The position numbers and the translations under genes are program-made. A stretch of 64,000 bases of DNA from an uncultured Thermococci archaeon (GTDB lineage: Archaea; Methanobacteriota_B; Thermococci; Methanofastidiosales; B48-G16): contig CAZQQT010000003.1 in NCBI GenBank assembly GCA_964595645.1, forward strand, positions 157,636 through 221,635. Reading direction: 5' to 3'. This document shows, piece by piece, positions 29,249 to 38,840 of the stretch (its first letter is position 1; the number at the start of each line of letters is the position of its first letter). The notes under the pieces are model-generated. The model ran no database searches, had not been told where the DNA came from, and worked only from the letters and a program-made list of their open reading frames with translations.

Positions 29249-29262
29249 GGAACCCCTCCTTA
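29227..29262. terminator. 10-bp inverted repeat between convergent ribL and ftsZ
   Basis: TAAGGAGGGG-N16-CCCCTCCTTA. Confidence 0.5.
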
Positions 29263-29263
29263 A

Positions 29264-30373
29264 TTAGATTGAATCTAATCCAAAACTGGGCCAATAGGCT
29301 GCTTTCTTCCTTCTCTTTCGACTGAACTGCTTGAAAGAAAGTTCTTTATTAACAGGTCCGTCGTTATTTTTTTTACCACTGATCCATGGCGATTCCACAC
29401 CGGTCATAATAATCATGACTCTCATGGATTCTTTCAGATTTTCATCGACTCTTGCACCCCAGAGCACCTGTCCATCTTCTTCATCCACCATCTTCTTCAC
29501 TAACTCTCCGACTTGGTTCGCTTCACACAACTTCATATTGGAACCACCGGAACAGTGGACTAGGGCTCCTTTAGCCTCGGAGTAGTCAACATCCAGTAGT
29601 TTGTTTCTTAGTGCTTCACCAACCGCTTCTTCTGCTCTATTTGTGGAATTGGACTCGCCTACACCTATCATAGCCACACCGCCATCTTCCATTACAGCAC
29701 GTACGTCCGCAAAATCGAGATTCACAAGACTCGGTTGTGTGATTGTCTCCGAGAGCCCCTTGACCATCTCTGCGAGTACTTCATCGGCGACACTAAATGC
29801 ATAACTTACAGGCTGTTCTGGGACCAACGCCATTAATTTATTGTTATCGAGAGCAACAACGGTATCACAGTTATCCTGTAACATTCTAAGTCCTGCACGC
29901 CCCTTTTTCAGCCTGACATCTCCTTCCATCTCAAAGGGAAGAGTCACCACGCCGACAGTAAGAATCCCCATCTCTTTTGCAATTTGTGCGATAAGAGGAG
30001 ACGCACCAGTACCTGTACCGCCCCCCATGCCTGCGGTAAGAAACAGAAGTTGTATATCTTCCAACAACTCTTTTATTTTGCGTTTGTCTTCCTGTGCAGC
30101 TCGTAATCCCACATCGGGATCACCACCAGCGCCAAGCCCCTCAGTAAGATCCCTGCCAAGGAGCATTTTTCTATCTGCGTCGATGGTGTCTAGGTGTTGT
30201 CTATCCGTGTTCATAGCAATTGTTTCTGCTCCGAGAACACCCATCGTGTGTAGTCGGTTAACTGTATTGTTTCCTGCGCCACCTACGCCTATTACGGCAA
30301 TTCGAGCTCTCCCAAAATCTTCCTCTTCGGTATAGTTAACATGTTGTCCTGCATTCTCCAAAATACTCTTCAT
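29264..30373 (-). CDS. ftsZ: Cell division protein FtsZ (probably FtsZ2)
   Basis: GVGGAGNN, NTD, GLGAGG.P, GMGGGTGTG, NLDFADV. Confidence 0.97.
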   Translation of the reverse strand: MKSILENAGQHVNYTEEEDFGRARIAVIGVGGAGNNTVNRLHTMGVLGAETIAMNTDRQHLDTIDADRKMLLGRDLTEGLGAGGDPDVGLRAAQEDKRKIKELLEDIQLLFLTAGMGGGTGTGASPLIAQIAKEMGILTVGVVTLPFEMEGDVRLKKGRAGLRMLQDNCDTVVALDNNKLMALVPEQPVSYAFSVADEVLAEMVKGLSETITQPSLVNLDFADVRAVMEDGGVAMIGVGESNSTNRAEEAVGEALRNKLLDVDYSEAKGALVHCSGGSNMKLCEANQVGELVKKMVDEEDGQVLWGARVDENLKESMRVMIIMTGVESPWISGKKNNDGPVNKELSFKQFSRKRRKKAAYWPSFGLDSI

Positions 30374-30383
30374 TGTCTCACCT

Positions 30384-30593
30384 TCATTCTTCTTCCTCTC
30401 CCTCCTCTCTCTGGGAGGATCGTAATACTGATCTTCTCTTCTCTATCTCCTGAAAACCCCCTACTTCTTCGACAATCATATCGCGTACTGCTACCCTGAT
30501 AGCTTCGCTCCTGTTCGCGTAATATCCAGAGTTCACCATCATGTCTATCCCTTCCAGATAGAGTTCGGGAATTTGTACTGAAATCAGTTTCAT
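30384..30593 (-). CDS. cdrS: Ribbon-helix-helix regulator, CdrS-like
   Basis: ISVQIPE..L..ID..V..G.Y.NRSEAIR.AVRD, immediately upstream of ftsZ. Confidence 0.8.
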   Translation of the reverse strand: MKLISVQIPELYLEGIDMMVNSGYYANRSEAIRVAVRDMIVEEVGGFQEIEKRRSVLRSSQREEGEEEE

Positions 30594-30759
30594 GATTCTT
30601 CACTTCGGGAAATAATATCCTCATATGCATCTAGATATTATCTGCATAATATCCTTTAAATACCTTTCGGTTATACTGCTTTGTAAAAGTGGAGGATGTT
30701 GATTATCAACACTAATAACCTACCGTGCAACATAAAAAGTTTTCTATTGATGGAAGAAT

Positions 30760-31143
30760 ATGAAGATCTTTGTGGTAGAAATTACTATGACAAAAGAGGA
30801 AATACTCGCGTCTTATGATGGATACATTTTCGATCCTGAATATATAGTGGACGAGGAACAAGTAATGTTTGCATACTATCTCATGAAAAAAGCTTTCGAA
30901 AGAGGAAAAAACATTGCTGACGATCCCAAAATAGAGTTTCTCGTGAGACTCTCAGGGAGGAATCAGATATCAGAGGCAATGGAACTCGGACTTAAAGACA
31001 AGATGAAGAAAATAGGTGTTTTAATGCCCAAGGCCCAGGGTATCACGGCCATAAACGGGAAAGAAGAGAAAATAAAAAAATTCTTTGGTACCACTGACAA
31101 GAGAGAGATATTTGAGAAAATGGCTATGGTAGAGATACTCTAG
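30760..31143 (+). CDS. cgi121: KEOPS complex subunit Cgi121
   Basis: A....KAFERG.NIA....IEFL.RLSG..QI..A...GL, EK.A.. Confidence 0.82.
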   Translation: MKIFVVEITMTKEEILASYDGYIFDPEYIVDEEQVMFAYYLMKKAFERGKNIADDPKIEFLVRLSGRNQISEAMELGLKDKMKKIGVLMPKAQGITAINGKEEKIKKFFGTTDKREIFEKMAMVEIL

Positions 31144-32116
31144 CAAACTGCTCGTATATATCAGCAGCTCTCTCCACATCCTTTATCTTTATATACTCAT
31201 CAATCTGGTGCGCAAATGATGGATCTCCCGGACCTAAAATGACCGTGGGCATATATTTGCTAAATTTCACTGCTTCTGTAGCAAAATAACTTATTGTTGT
31301 TTCTCCTACGATCTCTAAAAACTCCTTAGGGGGAGTTAACACCAATGGTTCTATCTGAAGCATTGTTTTTTCTTCATCTGCGTCGAAAGAGAACAAGCTA
31401 CGTACATCTTCCACAGTATACCTTGGAGGATATCGGATATCTATTTTTAAATCCACAGCGTCAGGAACAACATTCGCTTTTTCACCGCCCTGTATCTTGC
31501 CCAAGTTAACTGTAATACCATCTCGATCATTTTCAAAAGATTTAAGTGCTTCTATCGTGTTTAATGATTTATATATGGCATTTTCCCCCTCCCAAACTCG
31601 TGCAGAATGACATGAATGTCCATAATACCTCAGTAATATCCGGAGTATACCCTTCTCCTGGGTGCTTAGTTTAAGATCGGTGGGCTCACAAACCACACAG
31701 TGGGACCCTTTCATGATTTGGCTTAGCTTTTCGGCCCCCTCCATCGTCGTTTCCTCATCAGTGGTCAGCACTACTGAGAAGGAGGTATCCATCTCTAACA
31801 GTCTCTCAGCTGCTGCAAGAGCCGCTACTACTCCCCCTTTCATATCACATGCCCCTCTCCCAAAGACCTTTCCGTTTTTTATCTCTCCCTGGGCAGCACT
31901 CCATTTTTTACCGATCGGCACAGTATCTATGTGTCCAGAAAAAACAAGTCCATCCTTTCCATTGCTGGCTACTATGGAGGGACTTTTAGAGCCATAGATG
32001 TCATACTCCATTCCCATCTCCTGAAACACAGTCTCCATATACGATACGATCGCTGTTTTATCCTGTCCTGCGGAGTTTATTTTTACCATCTCTACCAGTG
32101 TTTTTTCTACATCCAT
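31124..32116 (-). CDS. M20-family metallohydrolase (ArgE/DapE-like)
   Basis: GHIDTVP, GRGACDMKGG, DEE, EPT, AHQIDE. Confidence 0.92.
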   Translation of the reverse strand: MDVEKTLVEMVKINSAGQDKTAIVSYMETVFQEMGMEYDIYGSKSPSIVASNGKDGLVFSGHIDTVPIGKKWSAAQGEIKNGKVFGRGACDMKGGVVAALAAAERLLEMDTSFSVVLTTDEETTMEGAEKLSQIMKGSHCVVCEPTDLKLSTQEKGILRILLRYYGHSCHSARVWEGENAIYKSLNTIEALKSFENDRDGITVNLGKIQGGEKANVVPDAVDLKIDIRYPPRYTVEDVRSLFSFDADEEKTMLQIEPLVLTPPKEFLEIVGETTISYFATEAVKFSKYMPTVILGPGDPSFAHQIDEYIKIKDVERAADIYEQFARVSLP

Positions 32117-32208
32117 GCCAAAAAAATGATGGATGAGTATATATAGGCTTGGAAGAATACGGCTCTAGAAAGATAAAGTTTTATAATGTTAATACCATAA
32201 TACATTGT

Positions 32209-32814
32209 ATGTCAAAGATGCATTTCTATCTCAGAGAACGTGCTGATGAAATCAAAGAGAAAGTTGAAACAGAGCTAAAGTACAGGAAAACTCTGAGCAA
32301 ACGTCAAAAAATAATGCTGACATGCGGGGTATTATTTCTATACTGGATCATTCTCTCTTCAAGTTTTGAAATACCCTCGCTCTTAATAGGACTGATCCTT
32401 TCCCTCGGTGTCTCACTCTTCACCTACGAACTTTTCACAAAAGATATACGAGGCAAGGGAAATTTAGTAGAAAGAATATTAATGTTCTTGTTGATCTACG
32501 TTCCGGAACTGATTTTTATCTATGTATTCCGGCTTATTGAAGCGAATGCTAATGTGGCAAGGCATGTATTACTCATGGATATAAGACCAGGAATAGTGAA
32601 AATCAAGACAGATCTTCGATCGGACATGGGGATTACCGCACTGGCAAATCTTATCACGCTCACTCCTGGGACACTTACAGTAGATGTAAAGGAAACCCTT
32701 GAGGGAAATACGTTGTATGTACACTGGATAGATGTTAAAACATTTAGCTCAAAAAGAGCAGGAGATATAATAAAAGGAGGTTTGGATAAATGGTTGGAGA
32801 AGATATTCTGGTAG
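32209..32814 (+). CDS. mrpE: Mrp/Mnh Na+/H+ antiporter subunit E
   Basis: AN..VA, PGIV, LANLITLTPGTLT.D, LYVHWI. TATA ~25 nt upstream of the ATG at 32209. Confidence 0.9.
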   Translation: MSKMHFYLRERADEIKEKVETELKYRKTLSKRQKIMLTCGVLFLYWIILSSSFEIPSLLIGLILSLGVSLFTYELFTKDIRGKGNLVERILMFLLIYVPELIFIYVFRLIEANANVARHVLLMDIRPGIVKIKTDLRSDMGITALANLITLTPGTLTVDVKETLEGNTLYVHWIDVKTFSSKRAGDIIKGGLDKWLEKIFW

Positions 32815-33065
32815 ATCCCCTGACAATTGTAGTCATTGTTCTCATTGCTACCTCTCTACTCTGCATGGTGAGAGTTCTCTGTGGCCCAACGGCAATTGAT
32901 AGAATGATAGGATTCAATACTATAGGAACAAAAATGATCGTTCTTTTTGTCCTGCTTTCAGTACTCTATGAAAAAACGATCTTTTTGGATCTCGCGATAG
33001 CGTATTCACTGATCAATTTCTTAGGCCCATTGATTCTTACAAAATCAATACTACTGGAGGCATAA
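32790..33065 (+). CDS. mrpF: Mrp subunit F
   Basis: R...GPT..DR, DLAI.Y....F. Confidence 0.88.
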   Translation: MVGEDILVDPLTIVVIVLIATSLLCMVRVLCGPTAIDRMIGFNTIGTKMIVLFVLLSVLYEKTIFLDLAIAYSLINFLGPLILTKSILLEA

Positions 33066-33066
33066 C

Positions 33067-33384
33067 ATGCTTGAACTTCTACTATTCCTCATCGGATGCG
33101 CAGTAATGACCTTTGGAGCCATTGGAGTAGTACGGTTTCCTGATGTCTACACACGACTCCATGCATCGACAAAATGCGATACAGGAGGCGCTTTATCGAT
33201 ACTTTTGGCACTGACGTTCTATACAGGGTTCACACTAACCACACTCAAGATTCTGACAATTGTTGTACTGATCTTTCTCCTTAATCCTGTTGTTTCCCAT
33301 ATCTTAGCGAAAACTGCGCATGATCGTGGGATTGAACCTGATGAAATCACGGTGGTGGACATGTATGCATGGGATCATTCATGA
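33067..33384 (+). CDS. mrpG: Mrp subunit G
   Basis: RFPD.YTRLHA.TK..T.G, P..SH..A. Confidence 0.92.
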   Translation: MLELLLFLIGCAVMTFGAIGVVRFPDVYTRLHASTKCDTGGALSILLALTFYTGFTLTTLKILTIVVLIFLLNPVVSHILAKTAHDRGIEPDEITVVDMYAWDHS

Positions 33385-33613
33385 GATCCTCCTAGTTGTA
33401 CTCATAGGCGTAGCCATTGGAATACTCGAAAGTAAAGACTTTATTAGGGCAATCATCCTTTATGGAGTTCTCAGTGCGATTTTTGCCGTCGTACTATTTC
33501 AGCTTCAGGCTCCGGATGTCGCACTTTCATCGATAGTGGCGGGAGGAGCGCTCTTCGGGATCTTTATTTTTATAATATACAAAACAGAGAGGTATGAACA
33601 ATGCGAAGAATAG
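33365..33613 (+). CDS. Mrp-associated DUF4040 subunit (MbhD-like)
   Basis: L.APDVAL motif; three TM helices. Confidence 0.85.
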   Translation: MHGIIHEILLVVLIGVAIGILESKDFIRAIILYGVLSAIFAVVLFQLQAPDVALSSIVAGGALFGIFIFIIYKTERYEQCEE

Positions 33614-33858
33614 TAGGAATCATCGTTGTGGCAATTTTTGGAGTAATTATACTCTCCACTCTGCAGGTAGAGTTCGGAAACGACGTTGGTACTGCGGCGG
33701 AGATGTATATCGAAGAAGGAGATGCTGAAACGGGGGCAGTGAATTTAGTCACGGCTATCCTTGCAGACTATCGGGTATATGATACACTTGGAGAGACTGT
33801 TGTCCTCTTTACAGCAATCCTCGGAGTTTCTATAATACTAAGAGGTGATACGAAGTGA
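33601..33858 (+). CDS. Mrp-associated MbhE-like subunit
   Basis: N.VTAIL.DYR.YDTLGE..VLF. Confidence 0.88.
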   Translation: MRRIVGIIVVAIFGVIILSTLQVEFGNDVGTAAEMYIEEGDAETGAVNLVTAILADYRVYDTLGETVVLFTAILGVSIILRGDTK

Positions 33859-34265
33859 GTTCTAGAATCGTTGAAACGGCAACTAACATTGTCATCCCAT
33901 TTATGATCCTTTTTGGAATATATATGATAGTCCATGGACATCTCACGCCTGGAGGTGGATTTCAGGGGGGCGTGATACTCGGGACATGTGTTCTGTTAAT
34001 GTATATAGTGTTTGGAATCAAAAAGCAAAAAAGAATTCTTTCCATATTTGAAAATGTGGGTGCATTGATCTTTCTGTTGATAGGACTCGTAGGAATTCTC
34101 TTCGGAGGAGTTCTTTTTTCAAATTTTGTTTCCAAAGGAACTACTGGTACAATACTCAGTGGTGGAACAATACCGTTTATAAACATTGCAATTGGAATAA
34201 AGGTCGCAGGAGGATTCGCTATCCTCTTTTTCACTGTGTTACACTATATTGAAAGGAGGGAGTAG
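33855..34265 (+). CDS. mrpB: Mrp subunit B
   Basis: HGHLTPGGGFQGG, N.AIG.KV. Confidence 0.92.
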   Translation: MSSRIVETATNIVIPFMILFGIYMIVHGHLTPGGGFQGGVILGTCVLLMYIVFGIKKQKRILSIFENVGALIFLLIGLVGILFGGVLFSNFVSKGTTGTILSGGTIPFINIAIGIKVAGGFAILFFTVLHYIERRE

Positions 34266-34595
34266 ATGGTTATACATGGGATATATGTAGGCATTATTTT
34301 GATACTTATTGGGTTGTATGGAATGACAACGAAAAAACATATCTTCAAGATACTCTTTGGGCTAATGATTATCTCCACTGGACTTGTTCTTCTTTTTGTA
34401 AGTCTTGGATATGTAGAGAACGGAGTAGCACCGATAGTCACAGGCACCACCATATATGTAGATCCCCTTCCTCATGCGCTGATGCTCACAACGATCGTTG
34501 TGGAGGTATGTACTATCACATTAGCATTAGTTCTAGCGTTGAAGATTTATGAAGAGTACAGCTCACTTGATATAAAAATACTGGAGGATCGTTGA
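34266..34595 (+). CDS. mrpC: Mrp subunit C
   Basis: DPLPHAL.LT.IVV. Confidence 0.92.
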   Translation: MVIHGIYVGIILILIGLYGMTTKKHIFKILFGLMIISTGLVLLFVSLGYVENGVAPIVTGTTIYVDPLPHALMLTTIVVEVCTITLALVLALKIYEEYSSLDIKILEDR

Positions 34596-35983
34596 TGGAT
34601 ATAATATTTATTATTGTGGTACCACTTCTTCTATCATTTATCCTCTCACTTCTACGGATCTTACCTAGATTTGAGAAAGAAACATTTCTTGAAAATATTT
34701 TATCGATCCTAGGACTAGTATTGCCTCTTGTAGTTCTTATAAGAATTTTTCCATCGATAAACTCCGAAGATACCATCGTGTACAGCATTGGGGAAAAAGG
34801 CGCGCTGTTAGGTATAAATTTGGAGATGGACAGTCTGAGTTTTTTTTTCTCTTCCATCTCGTTAGTGTTACTAGTCCTAGTCATGGTGTATTCATTGCAC
34901 AAATCGACGAAATACAAAGTTTTGTATCTTTTAATGACAGCAGGGATGCAGGGCGTCTTGCTAACGAGAGATATATTCAATATGTACGTATTTTTTGAGA
35001 TACTTTCTGTCTCTGCGTATATTCTTGCAATATCTGAGGAAAAACGATCGTACAAGGCAAGTTTTAAGTATATAATACTGGGGGGTATAGCCTCCATGTT
35101 CTTTCTATTCGGGGTGGGAATCCTCTATGAAACCACCGGTGTGTTAAATATGGATGTTATCTCTTCAATGAATATACCCTTCCCTAAAATAACATTTCTC
35201 TTCTTCTTGACAGCCCTGGGAATCAAATCAGGAATTTTTCCTCTCCATTTCTGGGTCCCCGATGTATACTCTCTTGCACCCTCTTCAGTATCTGCAGTGT
35301 TCTCAGGAGTAGTGTCAAAGGTAAGTATATATGCGATGTTAAGACTTTTTTATACAGTGTTCAGAACAAATTTTTTGGAAATGAATGAAGTGTTACTAGT
35401 TGTGGGTGCAGTTACCATTCTTTTCGGAGTTTTTTTGGCGTTGGCTCAAAATAATCTAAAGAAAATGCTGGCGTACTCGAGCATTAGCCAGATAGGGATA
35501 ATCTTCCTGGCACTCAGTTTTGGAACAGAAACAGGAATTATCGGTGCTCTCTTCATGGTTGTTGCCCATGCGCTAGCAAAGACGTGTCTTTTTCTGTGTT
35601 CTGGAATGGTCAGCGATCTGAATATCTATAATTTAAAAGGTGGATCTTCTGTGAGCTTGGCTTTTTTTATAGGATGTATATCACTGATAGGGTTACCCTT
35701 CACCTGTGGATTCATTGGAAAATACTTTGTGTGTATTGCTGCCATAGAGACCTCAAATATACTGTACGCAGGGGTAATCGTTTTTTCAAGTATTATATCT
35801 GCAATATACAATCTTAGAGCCTTTTATTATTTATACGAAAATGTAAAAATTCAAAGATCACCTTATTTGAAGCAAATACCCCTATATATAACTTCTTTCG
35901 CATGTGTTGTTCTTGGAGTTTTACCCATGTTGATCCTAGATATTATAGAACTTGTTGCTAAAGAGTTAGGGGGTGGAGTATGA
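34595..35983 (+). CDS. mrpD: Mrp subunit D (proton-conducting membrane subunit)
   Basis: DIFN.YVFFE, K.G.FPLH.W.P, K.MLAYSSISQ.G, HA..K..LF, GLP...GF.GK. Confidence 0.92.
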   Translation: MDIIFIIVVPLLLSFILSLLRILPRFEKETFLENILSILGLVLPLVVLIRIFPSINSEDTIVYSIGEKGALLGINLEMDSLSFFFSSISLVLLVLVMVYSLHKSTKYKVLYLLMTAGMQGVLLTRDIFNMYVFFEILSVSAYILAISEEKRSYKASFKYIILGGIASMFFLFGVGILYETTGVLNMDVISSMNIPFPKITFLFFLTALGIKSGIFPLHFWVPDVYSLAPSSVSAVFSGVVSKVSIYAMLRLFYTVFRTNFLEMNEVLLVVGAVTILFGVFLALAQNNLKKMLAYSSISQIGIIFLALSFGTETGIIGALFMVVAHALAKTCLFLCSGMVSDLNIYNLKGGSSVSLAFFIGCISLIGLPFTCGFIGKYFVCIAAIETSNILYAGVIVFSSIISAIYNLRAFYYLYENVKIQRSPYLKQIPLYITSFACVVLGVLPMLILDIIELVAKELGGGV

Positions 35984-37563
35984 ATATACTTTTTATTTTT
36001 CTATTTCCTCTCATTGGTGCATCTATAATTCTCCTCACAAAAAAATCGGGAGGATATATTTCACTTCTTGTGTCTGTCCTCTCCTTTCTGTCATTTCTTA
36101 CTGTATACCAAGAAATATCAGCCGAACATACGATAGATATTTCTCCTGCCAACATTTTTGATCTGCATATTATAGTGGACAGAATGAACTTTGTGATACT
36201 GTCTGTCGTGTTATTTTTGCATATGATGATTATCCTCTACTCCTTGAACTGGGTCAGGAAACACAGTACCAGGTACTATTCACTGTTGCTCCTGACCATG
36301 GGCTTCACCATGGGGTGCTTCCTTTCCGGTGATCTCCTGACATACTACATATTTTTTGAAATGACGACTCTATTCTCGTTCTTTTTGGTGATGCATAAAG
36401 GGACTGAACGAGCGAGAAGAACAGGGTTTATGTACTTGATCGTGTGTTTCGCAGGGGGAGGATTACTCTTAATCTCATTAGTGTGGGTATACGTTCACAA
36501 TGGCAGTTTTGGATTCCACTATCTCCAAGGGATCTCAGTCCTTCTATTCATTATTGGATGTGTAGTGAAGGCTGGAGCCTTCCCCTTACACTTCTGGCTA
36601 CCGGAAGCACATCCTATTGCACCCTCCCCTGTATCTGCATTGCTTTCTGGAATCACAATAAAAATTGGTGTGTATGGACTAATACGTCTTTTCATGGTAC
36701 AAGAGGCCATATACTGGATGGAGACTATCGCTGTACTCTCAATGCTCTTTGGGGTAATATTGGCGTTAGTTCAGACAGATGTCAAAAGGATGCTGGCATA
36801 CTCAAGTATCAGTCAGGTGGGGTATATGCTCTTAGGAGTAAGCCTATCCTCCCTTGGTATTGCAGGTGGTATATTCCACATGATAAACCATGCGCTCTTC
36901 AAAGGATTACTATTTCTCTGTATGGGAACTGTAATATATTCCACAGGAGAGAGAAGGATAGGGAAATTAGGTGGATTGTACAAAAAAATGCCGTACACCA
37001 TGATATCCTGTATAATTGCAAGCCTCGCCATCGCCGGAATGCCTTTATTCAACGGATTTGCAAGTAAAACAGTTATTTTTGGTGCAATCCCCGATACTTC
37101 TTTAAAAATTACTTTTATTTTTGTATGTGCAGGAACTTTCACACTAATCTGTAAACTAAATAAACATGTATTTTTTGGTGAGCTTCCCGACAACCTAAAA
37201 AAAACAGAGGAGGTACCGTTATTAATGGTCATTTCAATGATCGTGCTTTCTATTGCTTGTATACTTATTGGAGTGTTTCCGAACTTCATATTTGAGAATC
37301 TGTATGCCGGAGGATTTGATTTTTGGAGTTTAAGCCATCTTTTAGAAGGTGCTCTCTCTATTTTTCTGGGAGCAGTTATTTTCATTTTTGGAGAAAAAAT
37401 GGGGCTATTCAGAATAAAAGAGCATGACACTGGGAAAATATACAACGAAATTATTCATCTCGCAGATATCATCTGTAAAAACCTCAACAAAATCGTTTCC
37501 AGAGATATTAACATTTATATTTTGTGTATTCTACTATTTTTCATTATACTGTTTTTTCTTTAA
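35980..37563 (+). CDS. Second proton-conducting Mrp subunit (MrpA'/D-like)
   Basis: KAGAFPLH.WLPEAHP.APSP.SALLSG, NHALFK.LLF, P.FNGF.SK. Confidence 0.9.
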   Translation: MNILFIFLFPLIGASIILLTKKSGGYISLLVSVLSFLSFLTVYQEISAEHTIDISPANIFDLHIIVDRMNFVILSVVLFLHMMIILYSLNWVRKHSTRYYSLLLLTMGFTMGCFLSGDLLTYYIFFEMTTLFSFFLVMHKGTERARRTGFMYLIVCFAGGGLLLISLVWVYVHNGSFGFHYLQGISVLLFIIGCVVKAGAFPLHFWLPEAHPIAPSPVSALLSGITIKIGVYGLIRLFMVQEAIYWMETIAVLSMLFGVILALVQTDVKRMLAYSSISQVGYMLLGVSLSSLGIAGGIFHMINHALFKGLLFLCMGTVIYSTGERRIGKLGGLYKKMPYTMISCIIASLAIAGMPLFNGFASKTVIFGAIPDTSLKITFIFVCAGTFTLICKLNKHVFFGELPDNLKKTEEVPLLMVISMIVLSIACILIGVFPNFIFENLYAGGFDFWSLSHLLEGALSIFLGAVIFIFGEKMGLFRIKEHDTGKIYNEIIHLADIICKNLNKIVSRDINIYILCILLFFIILFFL

Positions 37564-37967
37564 GTTATTTTTTTAACTTCCAATTCCTTTACAAAGCTCA
37601 TCTCTCGTAATTTCTTCTCAACATCTTCGAGGGGACCTGTTGACCGTGACATATCAACTATCACAACTAAGGCCGAAAGATTTCCATACTCTATCTCATC
37701 TGCCTCATTGAAGAGTATATTTATTTTCCTTTTTCCGAGTTCAGAAGCTATTTTTGCAAGAACACCTGGTTTATCCTCCAAAACCGCGTTGATTTCCACC
37801 AGATCCTTACCAGGAAGAGCTACCCTCTCAAAGGATACTTCTTTATCTTTTTCATCTATTTCTGCTAGAAAATATGCTCCTTCCACAATTCCAAGTTCCA
37901 ACGCAATGTCCTCTGGAAGTTCTATAATTCCTCTATTCTTTATTTTTATTAGATCATACGTTCTCAT
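37560..37967 (-). CDS. AbrB-like plus ACT-domain protein
   Basis: G.I.LP......LGI.EG N-terminus; EDKPGVLA.I...L....INI ACT domain. Confidence 0.82.
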   Translation of the reverse strand: MRTYDLIKIKNRGIIELPEDIALELGIVEGAYFLAEIDEKDKEVSFERVALPGKDLVEINAVLEDKPGVLAKIASELGKRKINILFNEADEIEYGNLSALVVIVDMSRSTGPLEDVEKKLREMSFVKELEVKKIT

Positions 37968-38065
37968 TCTTCTGCCTCACTGTCTCCAGTGAATTCCATA
38001 TTTATATCTTTTTCTCTACATGATAGCGACAGCATTTATTAACATACGGATAGGACGTGATAACA

Positions 38066-38617
38066 ATGATGATACAGCTGAAGCCGTTTACTAGAGATGA
38101 TTTTCAACGACTGATCGAATGGCTGGACTCGCCGACACTGTTGCTCCAGTGGGGCGGACCCGAATTTTCGTACCCGCTGGACGAATCTCAACTGGAAAAA
38201 TACGTTGAAAAGAGCAAAGAGAAGCCTCCACGCAGAATGATCTTCAAGGCGATCGATACAACTGCAGAAGGAGTAGTGGGCCATGTAGATCTCGATAATA
38301 TCGACAGGAAGACACACTCCGCACGAGTAGGCCGAGTGCTTGTGGGACCCGCCGAGTTGCGGGGAAAGGGAATCGGAGCAGAAATAATGAAGGCGATACT
38401 GAGGAGAGGATTTGAAGAGTTGGATCTCCATCGGATTGAACTACGTGTGTGGCAAATAAATAAACAGGCCATTGCGTGTTATGAAAAAATTGGATTTGCA
38501 AAAGAGGGTCTTTTACGTGATGCACGAAAAATCAATAGTAAATATTACAATGTGTATATAATGAGTATGCTGGAGACTGAGTGGGAACAGTATAAAAATC
38601 AAGAAAAAATAAAATAA
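38066..38617 (+). CDS. GNAT acetyltransferase (RimJ/RimL-like)
   Basis: RGKGIG, LHRI.L.V...N..AI.CYEK.GF..EG.LR. Confidence 0.92.
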   Translation: MMIQLKPFTRDDFQRLIEWLDSPTLLLQWGGPEFSYPLDESQLEKYVEKSKEKPPRRMIFKAIDTTAEGVVGHVDLDNIDRKTHSARVGRVLVGPAELRGKGIGAEIMKAILRRGFEELDLHRIELRVWQINKQAIACYEKIGFAKEGLLRDARKINSKYYNVYIMSMLETEWEQYKNQEKIK

Positions 38618-38621
38618 AAAA

Positions 38622-38828
38622 TTAATCTTCTTCTACGTATATCGCAAGATCAGGACAGTTCATTTCGCAGTTCTTGCACAGTATACAGTCTTCTGGGCGT
38701 TTCGCTATGGAGTAGTTGTATCCTTTCTCATTTCTTTCATCAGACATCTCAAATACATCCTTTGGACATACGTATAAACATAACTCACAGCCTTTGCATA
38801 CTGTTCTGTCTATATGAATTTTTGCCAT
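38622..38828 (-). CDS. 2x[4Fe-4S] ferredoxin / OFOR delta subunit
   Basis: CKGCELC...CP and CILCKNCE..CPD. Confidence 0.93.
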   Translation of the reverse strand: MAKIHIDRTVCKGCELCLYVCPKDVFEMSDERNEKGYNYSIAKRPEDCILCKNCEMNCPDLAIYVEED

Positions 38829-38840
38829 TTTTCTTTCCTC

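Noticed and set aside
35973-37445. Long alternative-frame and antisense ORFs over mrp genes (e.g. 36444-37067, 36813-37445), and similar ones at 53133-53870 and 29841-30335
   Set aside because: They overlap well-supported genes entirely and have no motifs or RBS; these are shadow ORFs.
32209-37563. Membrane-bound hydrogenase (Mbh) or Mbs complex
   Set aside because: No NiFe large/small, NuoH-like or Fe-S subunits in the operon.
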